From NCBI RefSeq assembly GCF_001194135.2, contig NC_068981.1, forward strand, positions 137,749,566-137,795,813: a stretch of DNA of 46,248 nt. The letters are read 5' to 3'. Of the stretch, positions 12,895-23,975 are shown in pieces (the first letter of the stretch is position 1; every line of letters starts with the position of its first letter). The notes beneath the pieces are model-generated. The model saw nothing but the letters and a program-made list of their open reading frames with translations. It made no database searches and had not been told where the DNA came from. The position numbers and the translations under genes were made by a program. Origin of the DNA: Octopus bimaculoides (Eukaryota).

Positions 12895-13700
12895 TTACAC
12901 AGAGTTTGACCACCTCCTGTACCTACACCTTAGCTCTTTCATGGCGTCTGATGTGGCTTTTTAAACCGGACAATGTTTTGAAAAAACACCCACACAGATT
13001 GCACCTCTGATTTGAACTACCAATACCTGCAGGTAAGTTCTGCTCATTGTGGACTTGTTATGAAAGGCATTTTAAACAATTAGAACAATTCCACCAAAAA
13101 TGCCTTCGTCATATTTTAATAATTAGATGGAATTCTTTTACTCCAAACACAGATATCCTTGCATCCCCTTAATTAAAACTATAATTTTGAGGAACCAATT
13201 GAGATGGTGTGGCCATATTGTTCGAATGGCAGATGAACGCATGCCGAAACAGCTGTTTTATGGTGAGCGTGCAGAGGGGAAACGCTATCGGCATAAACCT
13301 ATAAATGGGTTTAAGGATGGCATAAGCACTACTATGAAGTCACTTGGAATGGTTCCAGAAGATATAGAAACCCTCGCTTCAGATCGAGTTGGATGGCGAA
13401 CAAAAGTGTGGAATGGAATGAAAGCGGTTGAAGAGGCCAGGATAAGGCAAGCAAGACTCAAAAGATATTTAAGGAAGAATGTAAAGATCGAGAAGGTGAA
13501 TGACAATGACCTTTTTGCGCGCACAGTCTGTGACAGACCATGTCTGTCTTTGGCTGACCTCAAATCTCACCTGCGAACTCATGGAAAACACACTTCAACC
13601 AACTATTCTGACTATATGTCTGTGCACACGTTTGAACGTGGTGTATGCCAGAAGGCTTGCAAATCCAATGGGGGGTCTTAAAAGACATGTTAGGATCCAC
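12895..13700 (+). mobile_element. RTE/BovB-like LINE 3' fragment with two C-terminal C2H2-like motifs
   Basis: WTCYERHFKQLEQFHQKCLRHILIIRW, QLRWCGHIVRMADERMPKQLFYGE...GKR and DRVGWR are typical of the RTE ORF2 C-terminus. Followed by xTVCDRPCLSLADLKSHLRTH and (frameshifted) xGVCQKACKSNGGLKRHVRIH. Confidence 0.85.
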
Positions 13701-13742
13701 ATACATACACACATACATACATGCATGCATACATACATACGC

Positions 13743-13782
<40 letters not shown>

Positions 13783-15215
13783 NNNNNNNNNNATTTAAGG
13801 AAGAATGTAAAGATCGAGAAGGTGAATGACAATGACCTTTTTGCGCGCACAGTCTGTGACAGACCATGTCTGTCTTTGGCTGACCTCAAATCTCACCTGC
13901 GAACTCATGGAAAACACACTTCAACCAACTATTCTGACTATATGTCTGTGCACNNNNNNNNNNATATACAAATAAGTACTGGGTTTGAAATGCTACGACT
14001 AAACCGTTCAAAGGTCTGTTCCACCAAAAACCGCAGTCTAATGACTGAAACGAATAAATGACAAAAAACAAAAGGCAAAAAGCAAAAAAACAAAAGATAA
14101 AAGATAAAAGATATCTTCTATGTGCAAAATGATGTTAATCAATATGTTGTGTATAACGCCCTCTATTATTTCTTTTATCTGTTTGTTGTTTGTGTTGTTA
14201 AGGGTGATAATGGCGGGGCTGTATTTAAAGTTCATTGTTAGAAAGAAAATGGCTTATTTGGTCAGATAGTAATAAGTCTGTTGTTTTGAAGCTAGGTTTC
14301 TCAGTTGATTGATGCAGTGTTTGACTTGTGCAGCTGTGTCTGCTGGAGAATACAAGGAAGATATATATGTATATATATATATATATATATATAGTTTTAG
14401 GGAAAAGAACCAAGTTTCATGAACTCATCGATGAAAATCCAGTATCACATATAGAAAAATTAATAATTAAAAGCACAATAAACTATATATGCACAATAAA
14501 CTATATATTTATATATATATTTCATTCTGTAAAGCTCAATATAATTTTAATTTTTAATTTTATATATATATATATACATATAAAGACATATATATATGTA
14601 TGTGTGTGTATATATATATGCATATATACACACATATATAGGTATATACACATATATAGGTATATACACATATATATGCACATATATATGCGTGTATATA
14701 TATATACATATATATNNNNNNNNNNTATATATGCACACACATATATATGTATGTATATACATATATATATCAATATATACATACATACATGTATGTTTCC
14801 ATATACGGTCAGCACATGCTTGTGTGATTTAAACAAAACTGAATAAGGAGAGATATCTCAGAGTGCTAGTGGCTTGCATTGAACGACAAAGACAAATACA
14901 GTTGTATAAACTAACTGTACAGCATGAATTTGTCACTTGACAAAATTATCGCCGCTTCTATATAAAGAGGCATATTAAGAAAGGAATACGCTTCCACGTC
15001 TGTATTCTTACCTGCAGAAAAGGCACCTGTCTTCTACTTAATGACATACCAATTTTGGAGAAATCTTGATTCTTGAGAATATATTGCCATCTCAATAAAT
15101 AATAAACATAATGACGTAAATAAATAAAATGTATACCTATTATATTTATATATGTGTATACGCACACTTATAATCAATATATATATACACACGTAGACAC
15201 GCCCATGCATGTAAG

Positions 15216-15292
<77 letters not shown>

Positions 15293-15364
15293 GCATGTAT
15301 GTATGTATATATGTATGTGTGTATACATATATGTATATGTATGTGTATATATATATACATTATA

Positions 15365-15593
15365 GGCGCTGGAGTGGTTGTGTCGTAAGAAGCTTGCTTC
15401 TCAACCACATAGTTCCGAGTTCAGTCCCACTGTGTAGCACCTTGGATAAGTGTTTTCTACTATAGCCTCGGTTCAGCAAAAGACACCAATAACATAAGTA
15501 CTAGGTTTATAAAATAAGTCCTTGGGAGTCGATTTTTTCGACTAAAGGCGGTGCAGCAGTAAGGCCGCAGTCAAACGACTGAAACAAGTAAAA

Positions 15594-15598
<5 letters not shown>
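15365..15598 (+). mobile_element. SINE family A, internally deleted
   Basis: The head joins the tail (...GACTGAAACAAGTAAAAGAAT) at TATAGCCTCGG|TTCAGCAAAAG. Confidence 0.85.
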
Positions 15599-15633
<35 letters not shown>

Positions 15634-16598
15634 CAAGGTGGTTCCCCGAATTGCCGAAGTCGATGACTGACACAAGTAGGTAAAAGATATACACGCACAC
15701 ACACACNNNNNNNNNNNNNNNNNNNNNNNNNNNNNNNNNNNNNNNNNNNNNNNNNNNNNNNNNNNNNNNNNNNNNNNNNNNNNNNNNNNNNNNNNNNNNN
15801 NNNNNNNNNNNNNNNNNNNNNNNNNNNNNNNNNNNNNNNNNNNNNNNNNNNNNNNNNNNNNNNNNNNNNNNNNNNNNNNNNNNNNNNNNNNNNNNNNNNN
15901 NNNNNNNNNNNNNNNNNNNNNNNNNNNNNNNNNNNNNNNNNNNNNNNNNNNNNNNNNNNNNNNNNNNNNNNNNNNNNNNNNNNNNNNNNNNNNNNNNNNN
16001 NNNNNNNNNNNNNNNNNNNNNNNNNNNNNNNNNNNNNNNNNNNNNNNNNNNNNNNNNNNNNNNNNNNNNNNNNNNNNNNNNNNNNNNNNNNNNNNNNNNN
16101 NNNNNNNNNNNNNNNNNNNNNNNNNNNNNNNNNNNNNNNNNNNNNNNNNNNNNNNNNNNNNNNNNNNNNNNNNNNNNNNNNNNNNNNNNNNNNNNNNNNN
16201 NNNNNNNNNNNNNNNNNNNNNNNNNNNNNNNNNNNNNNNNNATATATATATATATATATATATATATCATATACGCACATTCATTCTCATACGTGTTCGG
16301 ACGCACTACCTTAGTCAACTACTGGTGTTCAGAATCATACAGAGAAAGACCTCTATGTTTGAGCTTCGTTTTTGCTTGTTCTCCTATGTACATGTTGCGG
16401 CTATCATTTTCAGGGCGTAAAAATGTCACTTGTAATTATGCACGCGACAACACATGGATATGCATGTATAAAAACATATCGTCAAGCCAACTCACTTACG
16501 CGCGCGCGAGCGCGCACAAACACACACACGCACACACAAGCATACTTATATATAATGCACGTCCGTGTGCATACATACATCTCGTATATATATAAGTA

Positions 16599-16665
<67 letters not shown>

Positions 16666-16711
16666 GCGTGTGCGTGTGAGTTTTGGTATGTTTATGTATA
16701 TACGTATTCTT

Positions 16712-17075
16712 TTATTCTTTTATTTGTGTCAGTCATTTGACTGCGGCCATGCAGGAGCACCGCATTTTTAGTCGAACAAATCGACGCCAGGACTTATTCT
16801 TTGTAAGCCTAAAACTTATTCTATCGATCTCTTTTTGTCGAACCGGCTACGTTACAGGGACATAAACACACCAGCGTGAGTTGTTAAGCAATGGTTAGGG
16901 ATAAACGCAGACACATGCGCGCGCATGTATATACAGGACAGGCTTCTTTCAGTTTCTTTCTACCAAATCCACTTACAAGGCTTTGGTCGGCTCCAGACTA
17001 TAGTAGAAGACACTTGCCCAATGTTCCATGCAGTGCGACTGAAACCGGAACCATGTGGTTGGCAAGCAAGCTACT
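16712..17075 (-). mobile_element. SINE family A, near full length
   Basis: Reverse complement of the head, body and tail seen at 17191-17427 and 15365-15598. Confidence 0.9.
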
Positions 17076-17190
17076 TTATTTCATTAAATTTTCCATGAAG
17101 TAGCTGCTATAAGGATTAAAAATTTATGATGATAAATTTATATGATACAATTAAAAATTACAAATTACAATTTACAAATTACAAATTATA

Positions 17191-17706
17191 GGCTCGGGAG
17201 TGGCTGTGTGGTAAGTAGCTTGCTTACCAACCACATGGTTCTGGGTTCAGCCCCACTGTGTGGCACCTTGGGCAAGTGTCTTCTGCTATAGCCTCGGGCC
17301 GACCAAAGCCTTGTGAGTGGATTTGGTAGACGGAAACTGAAAGAAGCCCGTCGTATATATATTTATAAATGTGTGTGTGTGAGTGTGTGTGTGTGTATGT
17401 TTGTGTGTCTGTGTTTGTCCCCCCAACNNNNNNNNNNNNNNNNNNNNNNNNNNNNNNNNNNNNNNNNNNNNNNNNNNNNNNNNNNNNNNNNNNNNNNNNN
17501 NNNNNNNNNNNNNNNNNNNNNNNNNNNNNNNNNNNNNNNNNNNNNNNNNNNNNNNNNNNNNNNNNNNNNNNNNNNNNNNNNNNNNNNNNNNNNNNNNNNN
17601 NNNNNNNNNNNNNNNNNNNNNNNNNNNNNNNNNNNNNNNNNNNNNNNNNNNNNNNNNNNNNNNNNNNNNNNNNNNNNACTGAAACAAGTAAAAAAGTAAA
17701 AGAGTA
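17191..17706 (+). mobile_element. SINE family A (spans N gap)
   Basis: tRNA-like head TGGCTGTGTGG...GGTTCAGCCCC, body GGCACCTTGGGCAAGTGTCTTC...GTGAGTGGATTTGGTAGACGGAAACTG, and tail after the gap. Confidence 0.9.
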
Positions 17707-17789
17707 CTAATTACAAATTACATGATAACATGATACTCATTGTGATTTGCAATGGATTCCCTGAAGGAAAGGTATCCGACCACCTGGGT

Positions 17790-18575
17790 AAAACCCTTGC
17801 TTATTTTTTGGGGACTCCACTTACCTGGAGCCAATCGCTCGCAGCTTGCTTGCCACAGGCTTCCATCTTTTCACGAATCTAGCTCGTGACAGGTACCTCT
17901 TCTTCAGCCTGATCTTACTACTGAGGTAGTAACTAAAAAAGTTAACCAACCCCTGGCCGGATACAAAGGTATCCGTCACTATGTCTCTCACGCGCGTCTT
18001 TCATACTGTTTCTTTCAGTATGGCTACAACGCAGGAAAAGCAAGACATGTCGGCGAGACGGCACTTCCGTGCCTTGACAGTTTATCACGAACAGGTAACG
18101 CCGCACGGAAACACTGCCAAGCCAGGGATTTCTGGTAATTGTCCAGATACTCCGGTCCGGAAGCTCTCCTGAACAGGTTGATCAACTGATTTTCATTGTA
18201 GCCCAGGGTCACCCCCAAGGCGTCGTCAGACATAAATTCCGCTAACCCGCTATAAAAATTCGCGGTGGAACTCCTGTTGCCGGCATTGCCCGCCCAAGAG
18301 AGTAGCTGAAGTGCCTGACGGCACTCCAATTGCCAGTCCTCCAGTCTAAGTCTCTGCTTGATCCATGTACCAATGTCTGTTAAGGACGTTAACTGTGGAA
18401 GGTAGAACGGGACGTGCGGTGACCCCACCTGCTCTCCATTCAGGTAAAGCCAGAAGTGCCTCAACCTTAACGCAAGTTTTCGAATCCTCAGCCAAAGCAT
18501 GCCTAGCCCACCCTTTAGCGGTTTCTGGCAGCAGACAGAGCGCTTTTCAGAGCCCTTTTCAGAGGTATTTACTTT
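17790..18575 (-). mobile_element. Tx1/L1-clade LINE ORF2 3' fragment
   Basis: RSVCCQKPLKGGLGMLWL...LRLRH followed by SLAWQCFRAALPVRDKL.RHGSAVSPTC (zf-RVT-like region) and KIRLKKRYLSRARFVKRW. Locally GC-rich. Confidence 0.75.
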
Positions 18576-19181
18576 GAATTGTTGTTATCTCATATCTGAT
18601 TAGCCTGTTATTACGTAACATGCTTCATGTTTTTAGTATAGATGCCTTATTAGCATTTCCTCCTAAGTTCTATATACTCAGAGAACGTATTAAAGCCCTT
18701 TTCGGGGCTACTTTATTTGAATTCTTACTATTGGGTAACTAATTTCATTTTATTACGTAACTGACATCACAATTTGGGTATTCATAACATTGGGAATTCC
18801 TAAGAACAAGATCCTGTGTAAGACAGTTCAGTATTTTCCGAAAATGTACAAAAACCGATTTAAGGGCTACATACTTTGTATTGTTGTTATTGGCTTAGCG
18901 AAACAATTATGAGAACGGGAATTACCGGGTACGTCAGCTATATATGCATATATGTATGTATGCACCCACGCATACAAACATCCACACACATGTAGACACG
19001 CGCACACATACGCTCATGTATGGTAGAAAGGGAGCGTTATTCTTTTGCTTTTTTGTTATATTACAGGCCTGAGCCTATTCAAATGATGTGTACCTAAAGT
19101 TATAAGTTTTCGGATAAGACCGAAATTGTTATGTCGCATGCACATACATCTCGTCCTACACAAATAGTAACGCAAGACACA

Positions 19182-19235
<54 letters not shown>

Positions 19236-19245
19236 NNNNNNNNNN

Positions 19246-19292
<47 letters not shown>

Positions 19293-20331
19293 GCACAGAC
19301 ACGCACAGACACGCACACGTCAAACACGCGTACACACTCACACACACACACAAACAAGTGTGTGTTACTTGAAAATATTCTAGGTTAAATAGTTTCGAAT
19401 TATGTTGACTGGATTAAAGTCCTGTATCAAATAATTCTCCTGTTTACTAGAATCTACTAATGAAACCATGATGGTCGTTGAGCCTGTTAAAAATAGCGGT
19501 GAAATTCCACCGCCCCCCCCCTCCATCTCTACGCTGCTATCTTAAAAGTAGAAGGACACGTTGGAACATTGTAGTTTCATATGCACTATATTTTTGATCT
19601 GACAGTAATAAATAACAAAAATTGCATCACATTTTAGAATTATCTCTCTAGATTTTGTATATCAATTAGAACCAGAATTGAAAGTTGCAATGTTTCGTTT
19701 ACGAATACGTCTATATAAAGAATGCGATCGAAGGTTAAAAATTAGATAATAGGTGTATATGCATATTTCAGGAGCTTTTCAGAACCACATCCAACCATTA
19801 ACAATTCACTACCACATTGCTGAAGCGAACGAAAATTACACCATACTGTTATAGTTGAGTCAACGAGGAAGGCTCACAGTAGTCAGATTGATTCGCGAGG
19901 AATAACAAACAGATTCGATTTAATTCACAGGCTGCCGTCTTAAAATAAAGAGACATTGAAAATGCAAAAGAGACGGAATAGCCAATACTGGAACGGTATT
20001 GATCGCTTGATTAAAGTTAACTTGGGACTCAGAAGCCACCTGTGTTCGTGTTTGACCAAGTATTTGCCCCATGTACGAGTACGTTCTGGGCAAGATTTTT
20101 CGCGGAAGAACAGCAACTACTCATGTACGCTAGTTCGCTTTTTCTGTGCCACAAATGCTTGTGCTGACGAAAGCATTGCTGTCAGAAGGCAAAAGGCTGG
20201 AAGAAATACCAAAATACAAGCATGGTTATCTAGTTAAAATGCACGATTTGCAACCACGTGGTTTCAAGCACAGTCCCACTATGCAGCACTTTGGGCAAGT
20301 GTCTTCTGTAATACATTCGAGCCGACCCATT

Positions 20332-20381
<50 letters not shown>

Positions 20382-20560
20382 GACACATATATACATATAT
20401 AGGTTCAAAAGAATTTATAATACAGTACAAGAAGGTGGAATGAACAAGCTTTAATCCAAATCACAATAATTGTAACTGTTCATTAGCATCAACTGAACAC
20501 TTGCACGTCATCAGGTGCGTGATTTTGAGAGCACTATTACACACACACACACACACACGA

Positions 20561-20911
20561 AAGGCTCCTTTCAGTTTCCGTCTACCAAATTCATTCACAA
20601 AGCTTTGGTCAACCAAGGATATAGTAGAAAACACTTGCCCAAGGTGACACGCAGTGGGACTGCACCCGGAACCATGTGGTTAGCAAGGAAGCTTCTTATT
20701 ACTTTACTGCCCACCAGGGTCTACACACAGAGGGGACAAACAAGGACAGACAAAAGGATTAAGTCGATTATATTGACCCCAGTGCGTAACTGGTACTTAT
20801 TTAATCGACCTCGAAAGGATGAAAAGCAAAGTCGATCTCCACGGAATTTGAACTCAGAACGTAGCAGCAAACGAAATACCGTCCGGCGCCTTACCACACA
20901 GCCACTCCTGC
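20561..20911 (-). mobile_element. SINE family A head interrupted by a nested 5'-truncated SINE family B
   Basis: Family A sequence stops at AAGCTTCTTA (20698) and resumes at CTTACCACACAGCCACTCCTGC (20890-20911). The intervening 20699-20888 is a family B body; CTTA appears on both sides. Confidence 0.8.
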
Positions 20912-21581
20912 ATCTACATGGATGCGTGTATGTNNNNNNNNNNNNNNNNNNNNNNNNNNNNNNNNNNNNNNNNNNNNNNNNNNNNNNNNNNNNNNNNNNN
21001 NNNNNNNNNNNNNNNNNNNNNNNNNNNNNNNNNNNNNNNNNNNNNNNNNNNNNNNNNNNNNNNNNNNNNNNNNNNNNNNNNNNNNNNNNNNNNNNNNNNN
21101 NNNNNNNNNNNNNNNNNNNNNNNNNNNNNNNNNNNNNNNNNNNNNNNNNNNNNNNNNNNNNNNNNNNNNNNNNNNNNNNNNNNNNNNNNNNNNNNNNNNN
21201 NNNNNNNNNNNNNNNNNNNNNNNNNNNNNNNNNNNNNNNNNNNNNNNNNNNNNNNNNNNNNNNNNNNNNNNNNNNNNNNNNNNNNNNNNNNNNNNNNNNN
21301 NNNNNNNNNNNNNNNNNNNNNNNNNNNNNNNNNNNNNNNNNNNNNNNNNNNNNNNNNNNNNNNNNNNNNNNNNNNNNNNNNNNNNNNNNNNNNNNNNNNN
21401 NNNNNNNNNNNNNNNNNNNNNNNNNNNNNNNNNNNNNNNNNNNNNNNNNNNNNNNNNNNNNNNNNNNNNNNNNNNNNNNNNNNNNNNNNNNNNNNNNNNN
21501 NNNNNNNNNNNNNNNNNNNNNNNNNNNNNNNNNNNNNNNNNNNNNNNNNNNNNNNNNNNNNNNNNNNNNNNNNNNNNNNNN

Positions 21582-22438
21582 GTAGTGGCGGACAAAAAAC
21601 AAGACAGGAAAACAAACGGAAAAGGCTATACGGCCAGACGGGAAAAATTATGTGTGTATGAACGCTGTGAGGCACGAACTTGAAAGTGGGGACAAAGTAA
21701 GTTCCCGTGTTTGCTCGGCGATAACCAAGGAAGAAAAGGATTAGTGACCGGAAGCATGTGACCATGCCGGTGTTAGGGGAGAGAGAGAGAGAGAGAGAGA
21801 GTGGTAGAGGGAGAAACAAAGAGAGGAAGTAGAAGAATAGGTGAGCAACGAGAGGAAAAAAGGAAGAGAGGAAGTACGAGGGGGGAAAAGGAGATACGTA
21901 ATAGTAACAGAGGAAGTACGAGAGGGATAAAGAGAAATACGTAGTAGTAACAGAGGAAGAACGAGAGGGGGAAAAAGTGATAGAGAAAGAGATAGAGTAG
22001 CATCAGAAAATATAAAGTTGAGATAACTACTTACAAAATTGGTGACGCAGGCGTTCGGTCATGTAAAAACAAATAATAAATGAGTGTATGTATATATACG
22101 TACAGGTATGTGCATACCGACATCCACCTGTATGTATAGGTGCATATCTGGGTACAGGATATTGCAAACAAAACGTAGACAAGAAAATAATGATAATCAG
22201 AGTACAGAAAACACACAAGCCACATAGAGAACATTTTCCTTCATCAGCTACCCCCGTTTTAACACCGGCGTTTCGAAGATCTGGGTAGGACGCATCGTTA
22301 AAACGGCTCTTCCCATGGACCGCAAATTAAATTTGTACACACAAATTAAACCTGTGCCATGGAGGAATGTAGTGGCGGACAAAAAACAAAACAGGAAAAC
22401 AAACGGAAAAGGCTATACGGCAAGACGGGAAAAATTAT
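21582..22438. mobile_element. Non-coding directly repeated element (~790-bp unit); Penelope pLTR/retrozyme-like on minus strand or mini-LTR-like on plus strand
   Basis: 21582-21649 is repeated at 22369-22438. Contains hammerhead motifs (minus strand), an internal ~42-bp GA-rich tandem repeat (~21870-21970) and a segment repeated at 26244-26401. Confidence 0.65.
22237..22306 (-). ncRNA. Candidate hammerhead ribozyme with non-circularly permuted strand order
   Basis: Minus strand 5'-CCGUUUUAAC GAU GCGU C^CUACCC AGA UCUUC GAA ACGC CGGU GUUAAAACGG GGGUAG CUGAUGA AGGA-3'. Helix I CUACCC/GGGUAG flanks GUC and CUGAUGA; helix III is GCGU/ACGC; helix II is short (3-4 bp with G-U). Confidence 0.55.
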
Positions 22439-22855
22439 ATATACGTCTGTGTTTGTGTACGTGTGTCTTAATCACCACAGCCTAACAATCGACAAAATTT
22501 CATCGATAGAGTAAAAGCTAGATTTTAAAAAATTGTTCGACTAAATTCTTCAAGCACAATGACTGAAAAACGTAAGAGAGGAAATGTAATATCAGATAAG
22601 GAGGAGTTTGATACCTTGATATCCAATATTAAGGTATGAATATCAATATCTCGGAGAGAGATGGCGAGAGAGAGAGAGAGAGATGGGGGGGGGGAGAGTG
22701 AGAGAAAGCAAGAGAAAGAGGGTGGTGGGAGTGTCTTCAACACTAGCAACTCTTGTCAGTTCCCCTCCCTGGGCCATTAACATCCTTAGATTAGAGGTGC
22801 GATTCTCCGAATACTCTCTAGCAAAAATGGATTGTTGATATTTCTTGTAAGCTAA

Positions 22856-23975
22856 GGCGGCGAGCTGGCAGAAACGTTAGCACGCCGGACGAGATGCTTA
22901 GCGGTATTTCGTCTCTCTTTACGTTCTGAGTTCAAATTCCGCTGAGGTCGACTTTGCCTTTCAACCTTTCGAGGTCNNNNNNNNNNNNNNNNNNNNNNNN
23001 NNNNNNNNNNNNNNNNNNNNNNNNNNNNNNNNNNNNNNNNNNNNNNNNNNNNNNNNNNNNNNNNNNNNNNNNNNNNNNNNNNNNNNNNNNNNNNNNNNNN
23101 NNNNNNNNNNNNNNNNNNNNNNNNNNNNNNNNNNNNNNNNNNNNNNNNNNNNNNNNNNNNNNNNNNNNNNNNNNNNNNNNNNNNNNNNNNNNNNNNNNNN
23201 NNNNNNNNNNNNNNNNNNNNNNNNNNNNNNNNNNNNNNNNNNNNNNNNNNNNNNNNNNCTATCTTACGGCCTGAGCTAAAATTTCGTCGAAGACGACTTT
23301 GGCTTTCATCCTTTCGGGATTGATGAAATAAGTACCAGTTGGACTCTAGGGTCCAACTGGTACTTATCGGCTTACTCCCACCCTCAAAATTGCTGGTCTT
23401 GTGCCCAAATATGAAACCGTTATTTCTTGTAAGGTATTTAATAAGTCCAACGTCGTAGGCGGCGAGCTGGCAGAAACGTTAGCACGCCGGACGAGATGCT
23501 TAGCGGTATTTCGTCTCTCTTTACGTTCTGAGTTCAAATTCCGCTGAGGTCGACTTTGCCTTTCAACCTTTCGAGGTCGATAAATTAAATACCAGTTGCA
23601 TACTGTGGTCGATCCAGTCGACTGGCCCCCTTCCCCAAGAATTTCGAGCCTTGTGCCTAGAGTAGAAAAGAATATTACACCTTATGTATTAAGGCTGACA
23701 TGTGGGGTTTCGATTCTACTAATAGTTTCATATTGTATTTTGACATGAGTATTCACTTCAAGGCAGTGATCTGGAAGAATCGCTAGTATGCCGGACGAAA
23801 TGCTTAGCAGCACTTCGCCCGTCTTCACATTCTGAGTTCAAATTCTGCCGAGGTCGACTTTGCCTTTTATCCATTACGGTTCGATGAAATAAGTATCAGT
23901 CGAGTACTGAGGCCGATGGAATTCATTATCCCACTCCGCCATAATTTCAGCCCTTACACCTATACTAGAAAGGAT
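22856..23975 (+). mobile_element. Cluster of four co-oriented SINE family B copies
   Basis: GGCGGCGAGCTGGCAGAAACGTTAGC...GAGTTCAAATTCC...GTCGACTTTGCCTTTCA at 22856-22976, 23259-23420 (partial), 23458-23673 and 23761-23975. Confidence 0.85.

Noticed and set aside
13793-13953. Exact 161-bp duplicate of 13467-13627 (apparent zinc-finger duplication)
   Set aside because: 100% identical and bounded by two 10-N gaps; most likely a scaffolding/gap-fill artefact.
14225-14345. Minus-strand peptide TDLLLSDQISHFLSNNEL faintly like a CR1 RT
   Set aside because: Too short and divergent to support a call.
20699-20911. Apparent chimeric SINE (family A head start + family B body)
   Set aside because: Better explained as family B nested inside a family A head, since the A sequence resumes on the other side with CTTA repeated.
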